Source: a virus. Taken from it: DNA of 58,659 nucleotides. Where the stretch lies: IMG/VR virus record IMGVR_UViG_3300006864_000001, positions 1 through 58,659 of that record; one strand, 5' to 3'. Each line of letters starts with the position of its first letter. Positions within the stretch are counted from its first letter, which is position 1. Both the position numbers and the translations under genes were made by a program. Under the pieces are notes generated by a model, which did not search any database, was not told where the DNA came from, and worked only from the letters and a program-made list of their open reading frames with translations. Of the stretch, positions 50,640-57,668 are shown piece after piece.

Positions 50640-51524
50640 TCAGTCATGGCATGCCGCTCGAGCCTGAACGAATGCCTTGTTGCTGTTGACTACCCAGTCG
50701 CCGTCCACACCCTTCGGGTCAAACCCCATGGCCTTGAGCGCCGTTTGGGCGTTGCGAACTGTGGCGGCGAGAGCCGTCTTGGACTTGAGCCCCCAGACCC
50801 CGTCCTGAGTGGCGCCGACTACGGACTGAGCGAACGCGACACCGTACGGAAACGTGTAATCGCCGAACGCCGTGGCCGAAATCAGAGCCTGGGCATGCTT
50901 GTCGGTGTTGCTCCCCCAGTCGTTGTCCGGCGTAGTGCGGATCGCGATCTGGAACGAACCACAATCCGGCTTGCCCGAACCTGAGGGCGTACCACCGAGC
51001 GTCTTGAAGTGGGCATTGACTCGACTGAGAAACTCCGTCCAAGGGAAGTTCGGGCCTGGGTCGGTGTGATCACCATCCTGGAAAACGCGGTTGACGTCGA
51101 CATGACCAGCGAGACCCTTTTCGCCAGCGGCGATCTGTGAGTCGGTCAGATGCCGAACGGGGATGTCGTACTTCTTGCACCACTCAGCGACGCAAAGAGC
51201 TGCATTGTCGAGCGTGAGGATCGAGTACGCATCGTTCCACTCACCAGGAGTCTGACCGGCGTAACCGGCCATATCCACATTGAGCGAGTAGTCGTTGGTC
51301 GGAGGCATCGTCCAGGCGGTGTCCTCGTCGTAGACAACTCGCACTCGGGTCTTGTCGTCGACGCACCAGTGAGACGAAGCCTGAACCGTCTTGAAATAGT
51401 TCGCGACCGCCATGGCAACGCCCTCATTCTCGGGCGCCTCCATCGTGTGAATACCGATCAGAGTAATGCCGCGTGAACGACCGGACTGATACTGATTCGT
51501 GAGATTTGTCAGGGTGTTAACCAT
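50640..51524 (-). CDS. Endolysin: N-acetylmuramoyl-L-alanine amidase (amidase_2 / PGRP-like) with a C-terminal wall-binding repeat region
   Basis: 294 aa with a TAGGAG RBS. Contains GIHTMEAP, LAGHVDV and HTDPGPNFPW. C-terminal GVWG..T..AV...Q / GVDGDW repeats. Confidence 0.8.
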   Translation of the reverse strand: MVNTLTNLTNQYQSGRSRGITLIGIHTMEAPENEGVAMAVANYFKTVQASSHWCVDDKTRVRVVYDEDTAWTMPPTNDYSLNVDMAGYAGQTPGEWNDAYSILTLDNAALCVAEWCKKYDIPVRHLTDSQIAAGEKGLAGHVDVNRVFQDGDHTDPGPNFPWTEFLSRVNAHFKTLGGTPSGSGKPDCGSFQIAIRTTPDNDWGSNTDKHAQALISATAFGDYTFPYGVAFAQSVVGATQDGVWGLKSKTALAATVRNAQTALKAMGFDPKGVDGDWVVNSNKAFVQARAACHD

Positions 51525-51531
51525 CGTTCTC

Positions 51532-51948
51532 CTACCAGAGTTTTGTGTCTCCAGGTCGTCTAAGGATCAACGGCTTGGCTAGAAGATTTGCGTCACCGTA
51601 ATGAACGGCGTTATGCGTAGTATGTGTAACCGCGATCAGAAATTCAGGATCGAGGATGTTTTCATTACCCGAGTCAATGTCTTCGACGGTCATCGGGTTC
51701 ATGTGATGAATGATGATGCGATCGTTAATCTCGTAGCCTTCGACACCCAGATCACAGCCACGATCTCTTACGATCACTTCATTGCGAACGTGTCTCCATT
51801 GGGCGGACGTGTAGAAACGTTGATTGACGTAACGTTCAAAGCCGAACGTAGCAACGCCAACTTCCGACCTAAGTCTTAGATAATCGTATCGCTCAACAAA
51901 GCCTCGAATTCGAGACAGTTCGGTATACGTTTTACTGATCATACTCAT
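51532..51948 (-). CDS. HNH endonuclease
   Basis: ORF 51532..52038; start at MSMISKTY. Contains RDRGCDLG...IIIHHMNP...HNAVHYG. Confidence 0.8.
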   Translation of the reverse strand: MSMISKTYTELSRIRGFVERYDYLRLRSEVGVATFGFERYVNQRFYTSAQWRHVRNEVIVRDRGCDLGVEGYEINDRIIIHHMNPMTVEDIDSGNENILDPEFLIAVTHTTHNAVHYGDANLLAKPLILRRPGDTKLW

Positions 51949-52264
51949 CAGGCTCAGCTTGCCCGGAGTAAGATCGCATTGCAGCAAGAGCTTTCTTGTA
52001 AAGTTCTTCGGTTCGTTCTGCAGAAGATAGTGAGTCAACCTTTGCCTGAAGAAGTTTGTTCTCCTGACGAAGTTTATCTCGCTCTAGTTCCTCACGACCT
52101 GACCCCAGCTTGAGGAAGTGAGTGAGGACTTGAGATGTTGCTGTGCCATCGGCGATCTGCTTCTCGGCTAGATCGATCGCGGAAGCGATCAGTTGGTTCT
52201 CACGTTGCCGAGGAGTTGTGGCCGGCGGACGTCTAGTTCTTGGTCTCCCCTCAGAAGAAGCCAC
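51932..52264 (-). CDS. Basic coiled-coil protein; small-terminase / packaging-accessory candidate (weak)
   Basis: ORF 51932..52333; start at GTG after GGGGGTGA. Basic N-terminus RPRTRRPPATTPRQ, then ENQLIASAIDLAEKQIADGTATSQVLTHFLKLGS. Sits directly upstream of the HNH gene. Confidence 0.4.
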   Translation of the reverse strand: MASSEGRPRTRRPPATTPRQRENQLIASAIDLAEKQIADGTATSQVLTHFLKLGSGREELERDKLRQENKLLQAKVDSLSSAERTEELYKKALAAMRSYSGQAEPDEYDQ

Positions 52265-52487
52265 GAGTTCACCCCCAGTTACAAGGACTTTCGGAGTAGT
52301 TACAGATTGGCCCAGTAAGAGGCGCGGGAACATCTTGTGCCTGCAGTGCTGGGGTGCTGGCGAAGCTAGCGACGAAACGGGGTCGGCAAGTCACTAGCCC
52401 AAGGGAAATCCCGCTCCTCCTACTGAGGCAACCTGTAACCTCGCATGAGAAACATGGACTCTAGTAGAACCTACCAAAGGAGAAGCT

Positions 52488-52697
52488 ATGGCTATGCCCA
52501 CAGAATGTCAAACTCCTGGCGCGCAGTTCCACACAATCACCAGCGATGAAAAGCTACTTGTGTCAGTCGACTTTGGGAGACGTCTCAACCTCAGCGAGGA
52601 AGAGGCCGTCCTTCTGGAGACGAATGTCCACAACGCTTTGGAGTTGGTGCTTGCCCGGTACTACACCAAGAGTTACCGTTCTGGCCGAACCACGTAG
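52488..52697 (+). CDS. Hypothetical protein; the only plus-strand gene
   Basis: 69 aa with an AAGGAG RBS 5 nt before the ATG, followed by its own rho-independent terminator. Confidence 0.55.
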   Translation: MAMPTECQTPGAQFHTITSDEKLLVSVDFGRRLNLSEEEAVLLETNVHNALELVLARYYTKSYRSGRTT

Positions 52698-52717
52698 ACC
52701 CGAAGCCGGTTAAGAGT

Positions 52718-52745
52718 TAGAGCCCGACATGGGCTCTAATTTTTT
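52718..52745 (+). terminator. Rho-independent terminator of the plus-strand gene
   Basis: Stem tagagccc / gggctcta with loop gacat, followed by attttttc. Confidence 0.7.
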
Positions 52746-52756
52746 CGTGTGTCAAG

Positions 52757-52805
52757 CTTGAGTGGTCCTGTGAGCCTACTCCGGTTAACTCCAGGACCAC
52801 TCAAG
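52757..52805. other. Large stem-loop in the structured non-coding stretch
   Basis: 14-bp perfect stem cttgagtggtcctg / caggaccactcaag. Further hairpins (ggccgaccttcggcc; G7...C7) follow up to about 52905. Confidence 0.6.
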
Positions 52806-52922
52806 CGGCTCCAGGTGGGCCGACCTTCGGCCAATTTTTCCGCCGGGGCATTTTTGTGGACAGCGGCGATGCATAGGGGGGGAGCTGTTTTGCGATAGGC
52901 CCCCCCTCTACCCTTCAACGAC

Positions 52923-53183
52923 TCACACTGTTGCTGCGATAGGATTAGTCGCCTTAGTGTACAGTCCATTCACGTTAAGCTTGCAGATCTCATCGATCGC
53001 TTGCTCAATCGCTAGTGCTTGATCGGCTTCGGACAAGTCAAACGATGTATTGACAACACGAGCGAGGTAGCCAGGTGTGTCGTACCCGTGTGCACGATCC
53101 CATTGCCACCATTCATCGTAGTTAGTCCACGGATTCCACGGGTTGTCGATCGTCGTCAAGAGATGTTCTTCGCCGTCATCCAT
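52923..53183 (-). CDS. Conserved small phage protein of unknown function
   Basis: 86 aa with an AAAGGAGG RBS; TTIDNPWNPWTNYDEWWQWDRAHGYDTPGYLARV pattern. Confidence 0.6.
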   Translation of the reverse strand: MDDGEEHLLTTIDNPWNPWTNYDEWWQWDRAHGYDTPGYLARVVNTSFDLSEADQALAIEQAIDEICKLNVNGLYTKATNPIAATV

Positions 53184-55862
53184 CTAGCCTCCTTTACGAT
53201 GAAGAGCAGCATCTAGTGTGCTGACTGGAATACCCAGTGAATCGGCTACTTCGGCCTGCGTAAAGCCAGACGCGAGCCGTGCTTCTGCTAGCGCTAGCTT
53301 AGAAGGAGTTACTTCTAGAGTGGCGCGAGGTGTTGCTAGTTCTCTAATTCGTTCCGTGTTTGCGTTCTCGAGAATGCTACGCAGCCTGCTAGTTGTAATA
53401 GCGCCAGCCTGTATAGCAGCCCATTGTTGATCGGTTATGTGGATCTCTTGCTTCTTAGCGCCAACGCGATCGCGAGCAGTGTTTAGTGCCTGACCTTTAA
53501 TCTTTTTAAGGTTGGCGTTCTCCATGCCCGGGTTGTCCCTGATCTTCGCTGCCACCATGGCATTGGCTAGCAACTGCGCTTGCCGTTCTAGTGGCTTGTT
53601 CTTGAGCGCTAGATTAAGGGCGCTATTCAGTTGTGCCACTTCATGCTTGTACGTTAGCGCTGCACTATTCGAGTAATCGATGCGACCTGTAGCGAGTGCT
53701 TCTTTACGAGCAGAGTTGGCCAACGCTTTCAACCTGTTAGAGTGGTTAGCGTAGACCTCTTCTATGGGCATGCCTGACGACAAGGTGTGCGCGTTGTTAG
53801 TCTCGAGCAAAGGCTTGGACGTTGTCAACTTAACAACTGTTTTGCCAGTGTTCTTGTTAACATAACTAGCGCCAGTCTGGACATAGATCTTCTCACCAGA
53901 CTTGGGGTCCACGGATCCGCCTTGTGAGGCCTTACGCAGAACCTTCTCAGGAACCTTAATTGCAGCGTTACCTGATCTGGAGATGATAGTTGATGCGCCT
54001 GCTAGACGACCAGACTTGCCTCGTCCTTGATAGGTCTCTTTGAGCGAGGCTATGCCGTTGTCTACGTATGACTGCCGATAGTTAAGATTGTGTTTCTCGG
54101 CATCGATGACGACCATCGAATGACGAACGGCTCGAGCGAGCTCGTCATTCCTGGCGCCCTTGATTGTCATATCCGTGATAAGGTTTGAGACGTCGCCCAT
54201 TTGCTGCTGCTTAGCTCTTGCCGTCATCGGTACCATACCGGGGTACTCTTTATACGCCTCTTTAGGGTCGAAGTTTTCTAGCCCTTTAAGTGGCGATGTA
54301 GTTTTTAGTTCTCGCTTATCGTTGGGAATGACGAGCACTGTGTCCCCGTCGAAGTCCGCACCAGATAGGCGTTCTGCTACCTTAGGATGAATACCGATAG
54401 CGTCACGAGCTTCGCCGATAGTTGATCTTGATTCGGCATGCTTATTATTTACTCGCACTTCAGGGATCTCAAAAGTTCCCCCATGCGGGAAACGCACCAA
54501 AGCGACAGTAGTACCGTTCCTGAAGTTGGGCGCGTAAACCTCATTTTCTTTCAGCGATTCGATAGGTAGAATAACTCGAGTCGCTTGACCCGGCAAAGCC
54601 GCAGCCTTAAGATGAACAGACGCAGACTCTGCCCCATCAGCAAAAGACTCCAAGAGTTTCTGCTTGACAACGGGGTTTGTCAGCTTTGATATTTCATCGA
54701 ACTCATCTACTCTTGATTTGTAGGCGAGATCGAGTTGTCGTTTTGCTAGACCGGTACTCTGCTTCGCCAAGACCTGACTTGACAGTGAACGAGACCAATC
54801 GTTCCAATCGCCTTCTTCGTTAACGACATTCATCGGTGACTGATGTTGTTTACCATCTTTACCGAGATACGTTTTCTGCCGAACAGTTGCGCCGAACGGG
54901 TTCTCTTCGTCCGACTGCTTCTTCATGGTGTCGAGCTTGTTGCCCGTGTCATGCTTGTTCGTGTTGAACTGAAGGTCGACTCCTGCTGGGAGACCATCTT
55001 TGTACATGGCCATACCTTTAAGGTAATGTGTGCCATCGACAGCGATTCGAACTTGTGCATATCTGGATGTCCCAAGTGAAATATCGGGAACACCAGGACG
55101 AACATAGATAACGCCGTCGGCATTTGTGCCGCCTTGTTCTGCGTAGCGAATTCCGATTCTCTTGGAATCCACGTTGACCGGAGGTTTGACACCGATATAT
55201 GAAAGACCACCATCTTCGCTGTATGCGGCAACGGTCTTGATCTTGTCTGGGTTCTTTACGATGTCCACATATTTAGTTCCTGGTGGAGCAAGAACTTTAA
55301 TTGTGGTTTTCTTATTACCGCCAACCCCAACGTTCGGCGCCTGAATTTTGTGAACTTCGTAACCTCGCTCTTGAAGCAAAGCGACGGCGGTTGAAAGTTT
55401 AGTCTTGCTGATCGCTAGATGATTTTCGGTTCCTTCGCCGATATCGAGATAGCTGCCATCAGCAAGCTTGTCCTTAAGCATGTTCGACGTCGACATCAGA
55501 ACATTGCGCTTCTCCGTAAGCGCTGGATTAAGCAAAGAACGAACCGAAGACTCGTTGATGCCCATTCGTTCGCCAATGGCGACATTGGACATACCTTTAT
55601 TCTTCAGCCGTAGCGCTTGTGCGGCATCGGCTTTCTGCGTTTCGTTCTTAGCGATCGATTTGGCAGCACGAAGTTGCGTGGTAGTGATGCCAAGACCTTT
55701 GGCGATATTGGTGTCTGTCACGCCTTTGGTTTTGAGCTCTGCTACGTAGCCCAAGAAACCGCGATTATGTTCTTGTGGTTCGAGACCCGACCCCCACGGA
55801 TATCGGCCAGATCGGCGAAGGACGCCATAGTGAAGCAGTTCGTCAGCAGCAGCGTCAGCCAT
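53184..55862 (-). CDS. Candidate single-subunit two-barrel RNA polymerase (YonO / RdRP-like) with N- and C-terminal HTH domains
   Basis: 892 aa. LKGMAMYKDGLPAGVDLQFNTNK (beta-like barrel), VALVRFPHGG and SGADFDGDTVLVIPND (DxDGD metal loop). HTHs at VTDTNIAKGLGITTTQL, MSNVAIGERMGINESSV and FTQAEVADSLGIPVSTL. N-terminal LLHYGVLRRSGRYPWGSG. The CDS itself is certain; the confidence refers to the function. Confidence 0.6.
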   Translation of the reverse strand: MADAAADELLHYGVLRRSGRYPWGSGLEPQEHNRGFLGYVAELKTKGVTDTNIAKGLGITTTQLRAAKSIAKNETQKADAAQALRLKNKGMSNVAIGERMGINESSVRSLLNPALTEKRNVLMSTSNMLKDKLADGSYLDIGEGTENHLAISKTKLSTAVALLQERGYEVHKIQAPNVGVGGNKKTTIKVLAPPGTKYVDIVKNPDKIKTVAAYSEDGGLSYIGVKPPVNVDSKRIGIRYAEQGGTNADGVIYVRPGVPDISLGTSRYAQVRIAVDGTHYLKGMAMYKDGLPAGVDLQFNTNKHDTGNKLDTMKKQSDEENPFGATVRQKTYLGKDGKQHQSPMNVVNEEGDWNDWSRSLSSQVLAKQSTGLAKRQLDLAYKSRVDEFDEISKLTNPVVKQKLLESFADGAESASVHLKAAALPGQATRVILPIESLKENEVYAPNFRNGTTVALVRFPHGGTFEIPEVRVNNKHAESRSTIGEARDAIGIHPKVAERLSGADFDGDTVLVIPNDKRELKTTSPLKGLENFDPKEAYKEYPGMVPMTARAKQQQMGDVSNLITDMTIKGARNDELARAVRHSMVVIDAEKHNLNYRQSYVDNGIASLKETYQGRGKSGRLAGASTIISRSGNAAIKVPEKVLRKASQGGSVDPKSGEKIYVQTGASYVNKNTGKTVVKLTTSKPLLETNNAHTLSSGMPIEEVYANHSNRLKALANSARKEALATGRIDYSNSAALTYKHEVAQLNSALNLALKNKPLERQAQLLANAMVAAKIRDNPGMENANLKKIKGQALNTARDRVGAKKQEIHITDQQWAAIQAGAITTSRLRSILENANTERIRELATPRATLEVTPSKLALAEARLASGFTQAEVADSLGIPVSTLDAALHRKGG

Positions 55863-56418
55863 TGTATCCTTCCGCCTTGAGCGATTCTATGTATCTGTCG
55901 AAGACGATGATCTTACTCATGATGTGAGCGATCGTATCTACTTCAGGAATGCTCATTATTATTTCATCGTTTTGATACATGCGAAGCTCTATCTCGATTT
56001 CCCCAGGCTTAACGCCGTATTCGAGACAATACAAAGCCGCATAGATCTCCAGCTGGTGGATTGACCCAGGAATCACGCCAGTTTTGAGATCGTGAATTCG
56101 CAGAAAATCTTTCTTGAATCCGATGGTGTCGGCTGTTCCGTAGCTATTATCCGAGTAATACAGAATTTGTTCGGTAATCATACGAAAGCCAATACCATCG
56201 TTCACGTACATATTAAGCGTCTTACTTGTACGTGGAAGTTTGATTCCGAGTTTAATTGCGTTGTGGGCGAACTCGTGGAGTTCCGTGCCCCGACGCGCCG
56301 CTTGGGCGTTGCGGAAGACTGTCGCCAGTTTCTCGTCGTCGTAGTTTATCCAATGATAGTTGCTGGCGCTGAGAAATGCGTGACGCCCCACAAGATCCGA
56401 ATGCGAGTTGAAGTTCAC
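55855..56418 (-). CDS. PD-(D/E)xK nuclease (RecB/Cas4-like fold)
   Basis: ORF 55855..56460; start at GTG after AAGGAAG. Contains GTADTIGF...LRIHDLKTG (D...D-x-K). Confidence 0.6.
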   Translation of the reverse strand: MNFNSHSDLVGRHAFLSASNYHWINYDDEKLATVFRNAQAARRGTELHEFAHNAIKLGIKLPRTSKTLNMYVNDGIGFRMITEQILYYSDNSYGTADTIGFKKDFLRIHDLKTGVIPGSIHQLEIYAALYCLEYGVKPGEIEIELRMYQNDEIIMSIPEVDTIAHIMSKIIVFDRYIESLKAEGYNG

Positions 56419-56686
56419 GGAGGACGTCTTCCTTGTTTTGCGGATGGATAAAGGCCGCAAAAGACATCGCGTTCATCAGGTCAACGTAGTATTCCTGGTT
56501 TGGCTGTCTGACGGCTGTCGCGGAAGCTTTGCATTCGAGAACGGCCCACTTATCTCCCCAGAGAATCAGTCGGTCCGGTATGCCTTGAACTAGGTTCGGA
56601 TCTAGTTTCTGAATTATGCAGCCAGGGAACATGACGCGAAGTTCGATGACAAGATTTTTTTCAAATTCAGTTTCTATGCGAGCCAT
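56252..56686 (-). CDS. VRR-NUC-like nuclease
   Basis: AAAGGAGG RBS. GIPDRLILWGDKWAVLECK matches the PD-(D/E)xK motif. The last ~50 aa are Arg/Ser/Gly-rich and overlap the next gene by 167 nt. Confidence 0.65.
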   Translation of the reverse strand: MARIETEFEKNLVIELRVMFPGCIIQKLDPNLVQGIPDRLILWGDKWAVLECKASATAVRQPNQEYYVDLMNAMSFAAFIHPQNKEDVLRELQLAFGSCGASRISQRQQLSLDKLRRRETGDSLPQRPSGASGHGTPRVRPQRN

Positions 56687-56701
56687 CGAACCTCCTTTTT
56701 A

Positions 56702-56869
56702 TCAGTCCTCAGTCAGAAAGAATTCGGCGGCCGGATGACGACTTTCGACATCGCCCATCTTGAGGATGACGGTGTTGCCGAAATCTTTAACTCCCTGAAC
56801 CGTGTGCTTACCGCCGGGATCGATGATGACATCGTTCTGCTTAATCTGACTAGCTTCTTTCCAGGGCAT
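56702..56869 (-). CDS. Small protein (55 aa)
   Basis: Read by eye: MPWKEASQIKQNDVIIDPGGKHTVQGVKDFGNTVILKMGDVESRH..., with an AAGGAG RBS. Confidence 0.45.
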   Translation of the reverse strand: MPWKEASQIKQNDVIIDPGGKHTVQGVKDFGNTVILKMGDVESRHPAAEFFLTED

Positions 56870-56936
56870 GGCTATCTCCTTTTGTAGAATTTAAACTGCG
56901 AAATTTAGAACACGAATTCATTACGCGTTCGTGTTG

Positions 56937-57242
56937 TTATGTGGGACTATCCGCCCAGATTCTATTGCCGCATGAGCACTCCCATCGATGCGTGTGCAAT
57001 CCGGCGTCGTAACCTTTATAGACGGTGTGCGAATGAGAATGCGTTGAGGGCTTCACTGGTTCAGCAGGCTTTGCGTTGGGATCTGGGTTTGGATTAGGTC
57101 GTCTGTGTTTTGGCTGTTTGATGACAAAACCAATCGGTTCGATAAACTTAGAGAATGAGCTCAAAATGAGCAAGCATTCTCTATCTTCTATTATAGGCCA
57201 TGTAATTCCTGCGAGGACTCGACCATGGTCGACTATGTACAA
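56937..57242 (-). CDS. Possible His/Cys/Pro-rich protein; 5' end doubtful
   Basis: ORF with a TTG start and no RBS. Promoter-motif copy F lies inside its 5' third, so the true start (if any) is probably downstream of 57180. Confidence 0.3.
   Translation of the reverse strand: MYIVDHGRVLAGITWPIIEDRECLLILSSFSKFIEPIGFVIKQPKHRRPNPNPDPNAKPAEPVKPSTHSHSHTVYKGYDAGLHTHRWECSCGNRIWADSPT
57186..57215 (-). promoter_or_regulatory. Conserved promoter-like motif, copy F (head of the nuclease/RNAP operon)
   Basis: Minus strand CTCGCAGGAATTACATGGCCTATAATAGAAG. Confidence 0.55.
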
Positions 57243-57270
57243 AGTAGGACAAAAGGGTGTGTGCCACTTT

Positions 57271-57297
57271 GTGCCACTTTTGTTTTAAAAGTGGCAC
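57271..57297. promoter_or_regulatory. 27-bp palindromic site (11-5-11), GTGCCACTTTT half-sites
   Basis: gtgccacttttgttttaaaagtggcac; an extra direct half-site lies at 57261-57270. Confidence 0.7.
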
Positions 57298-57308
57298 AGT
57301 GTTTTTAG

Positions 57309-57330
57309 GGTGTTTCCGCAGGTCAGAGCC
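57309..57330. repeat. Left arm of a 22-nt inverted repeat
   Basis: ggtgtttccgcaggtcagagcc, versus the reverse complement of 57479..57500. Confidence 0.8.
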
Positions 57331-57420
57331 TTGTGTGACACTTTTTGTGCCACTTTTCCACTTTTTTTGCTAAACTTTAAAAATCTGAGTTTTTTGAGAC
57401 ATTTATCCATTCCCCCTTAT

Positions 57421-57438
57421 ATTATTATTATTATTATT
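57421..57438. repeat. (ATT)6 microsatellite in an AT-rich core
   Basis: attattattattattatt, within the AT-rich stretch at about 57350-57470. Confidence 0.85.
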
Positions 57439-57478
57439 TAAAAAGTTATAAGAAAAAAGTGGTAAAGTGGCACAAACA

Positions 57479-57500
57479 GCCTCTGACCTGCGGAAACACC
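57479..57500. repeat. Right arm of the 22-nt inverted repeat
   Basis: gcctctgacctgcggaaacacc. Confidence 0.8.
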
Positions 57501-57527
57501 GTGCCACTTTTGTTCAAAAAGTGGCAC
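57501..57527. promoter_or_regulatory. Second 27-bp palindromic site (11-5-11)
   Basis: gtgccacttttgttcaaaaagtggcac. Further half-sites AAAAGTGGCAC lie at about 57347, 57465, 57537 and 57655. Confidence 0.7.
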
Positions 57528-57590
57528 AACTTAATCAAAAAGTGGCACAAAATCGCTCGAGCAAGCAAAATTTAGATCCCGAGTTGCTCC

Positions 57591-57626
57591 CGCCACTCAG
57601 ATCAAACTTGCGAGATCTGAGTGGCG
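57591..57626 (-). terminator. Stem-loop downstream of the helicase gene (end of the long minus-strand transcription unit)
   Basis: 13-bp perfect stem cgccactcagatc / gatctgagtggcg with a 10-nt loop; no clear U-tract. Confidence 0.45.
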
Positions 57627-57668
57627 TTTAGTCAATGTCCAAAATGTCTGATTCAAAAGTGGCACACA

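Noticed and set aside
52334-52922. tRNA or attP site in the hairpin-rich non-coding stretch
   Set aside because: I could fold no cloverleaf with T-loop (GTTCRANY) or anticodon-arm geometry by eye, and no integrase gene exists anywhere in the genome. A tRNAscan-SE run would settle the question.
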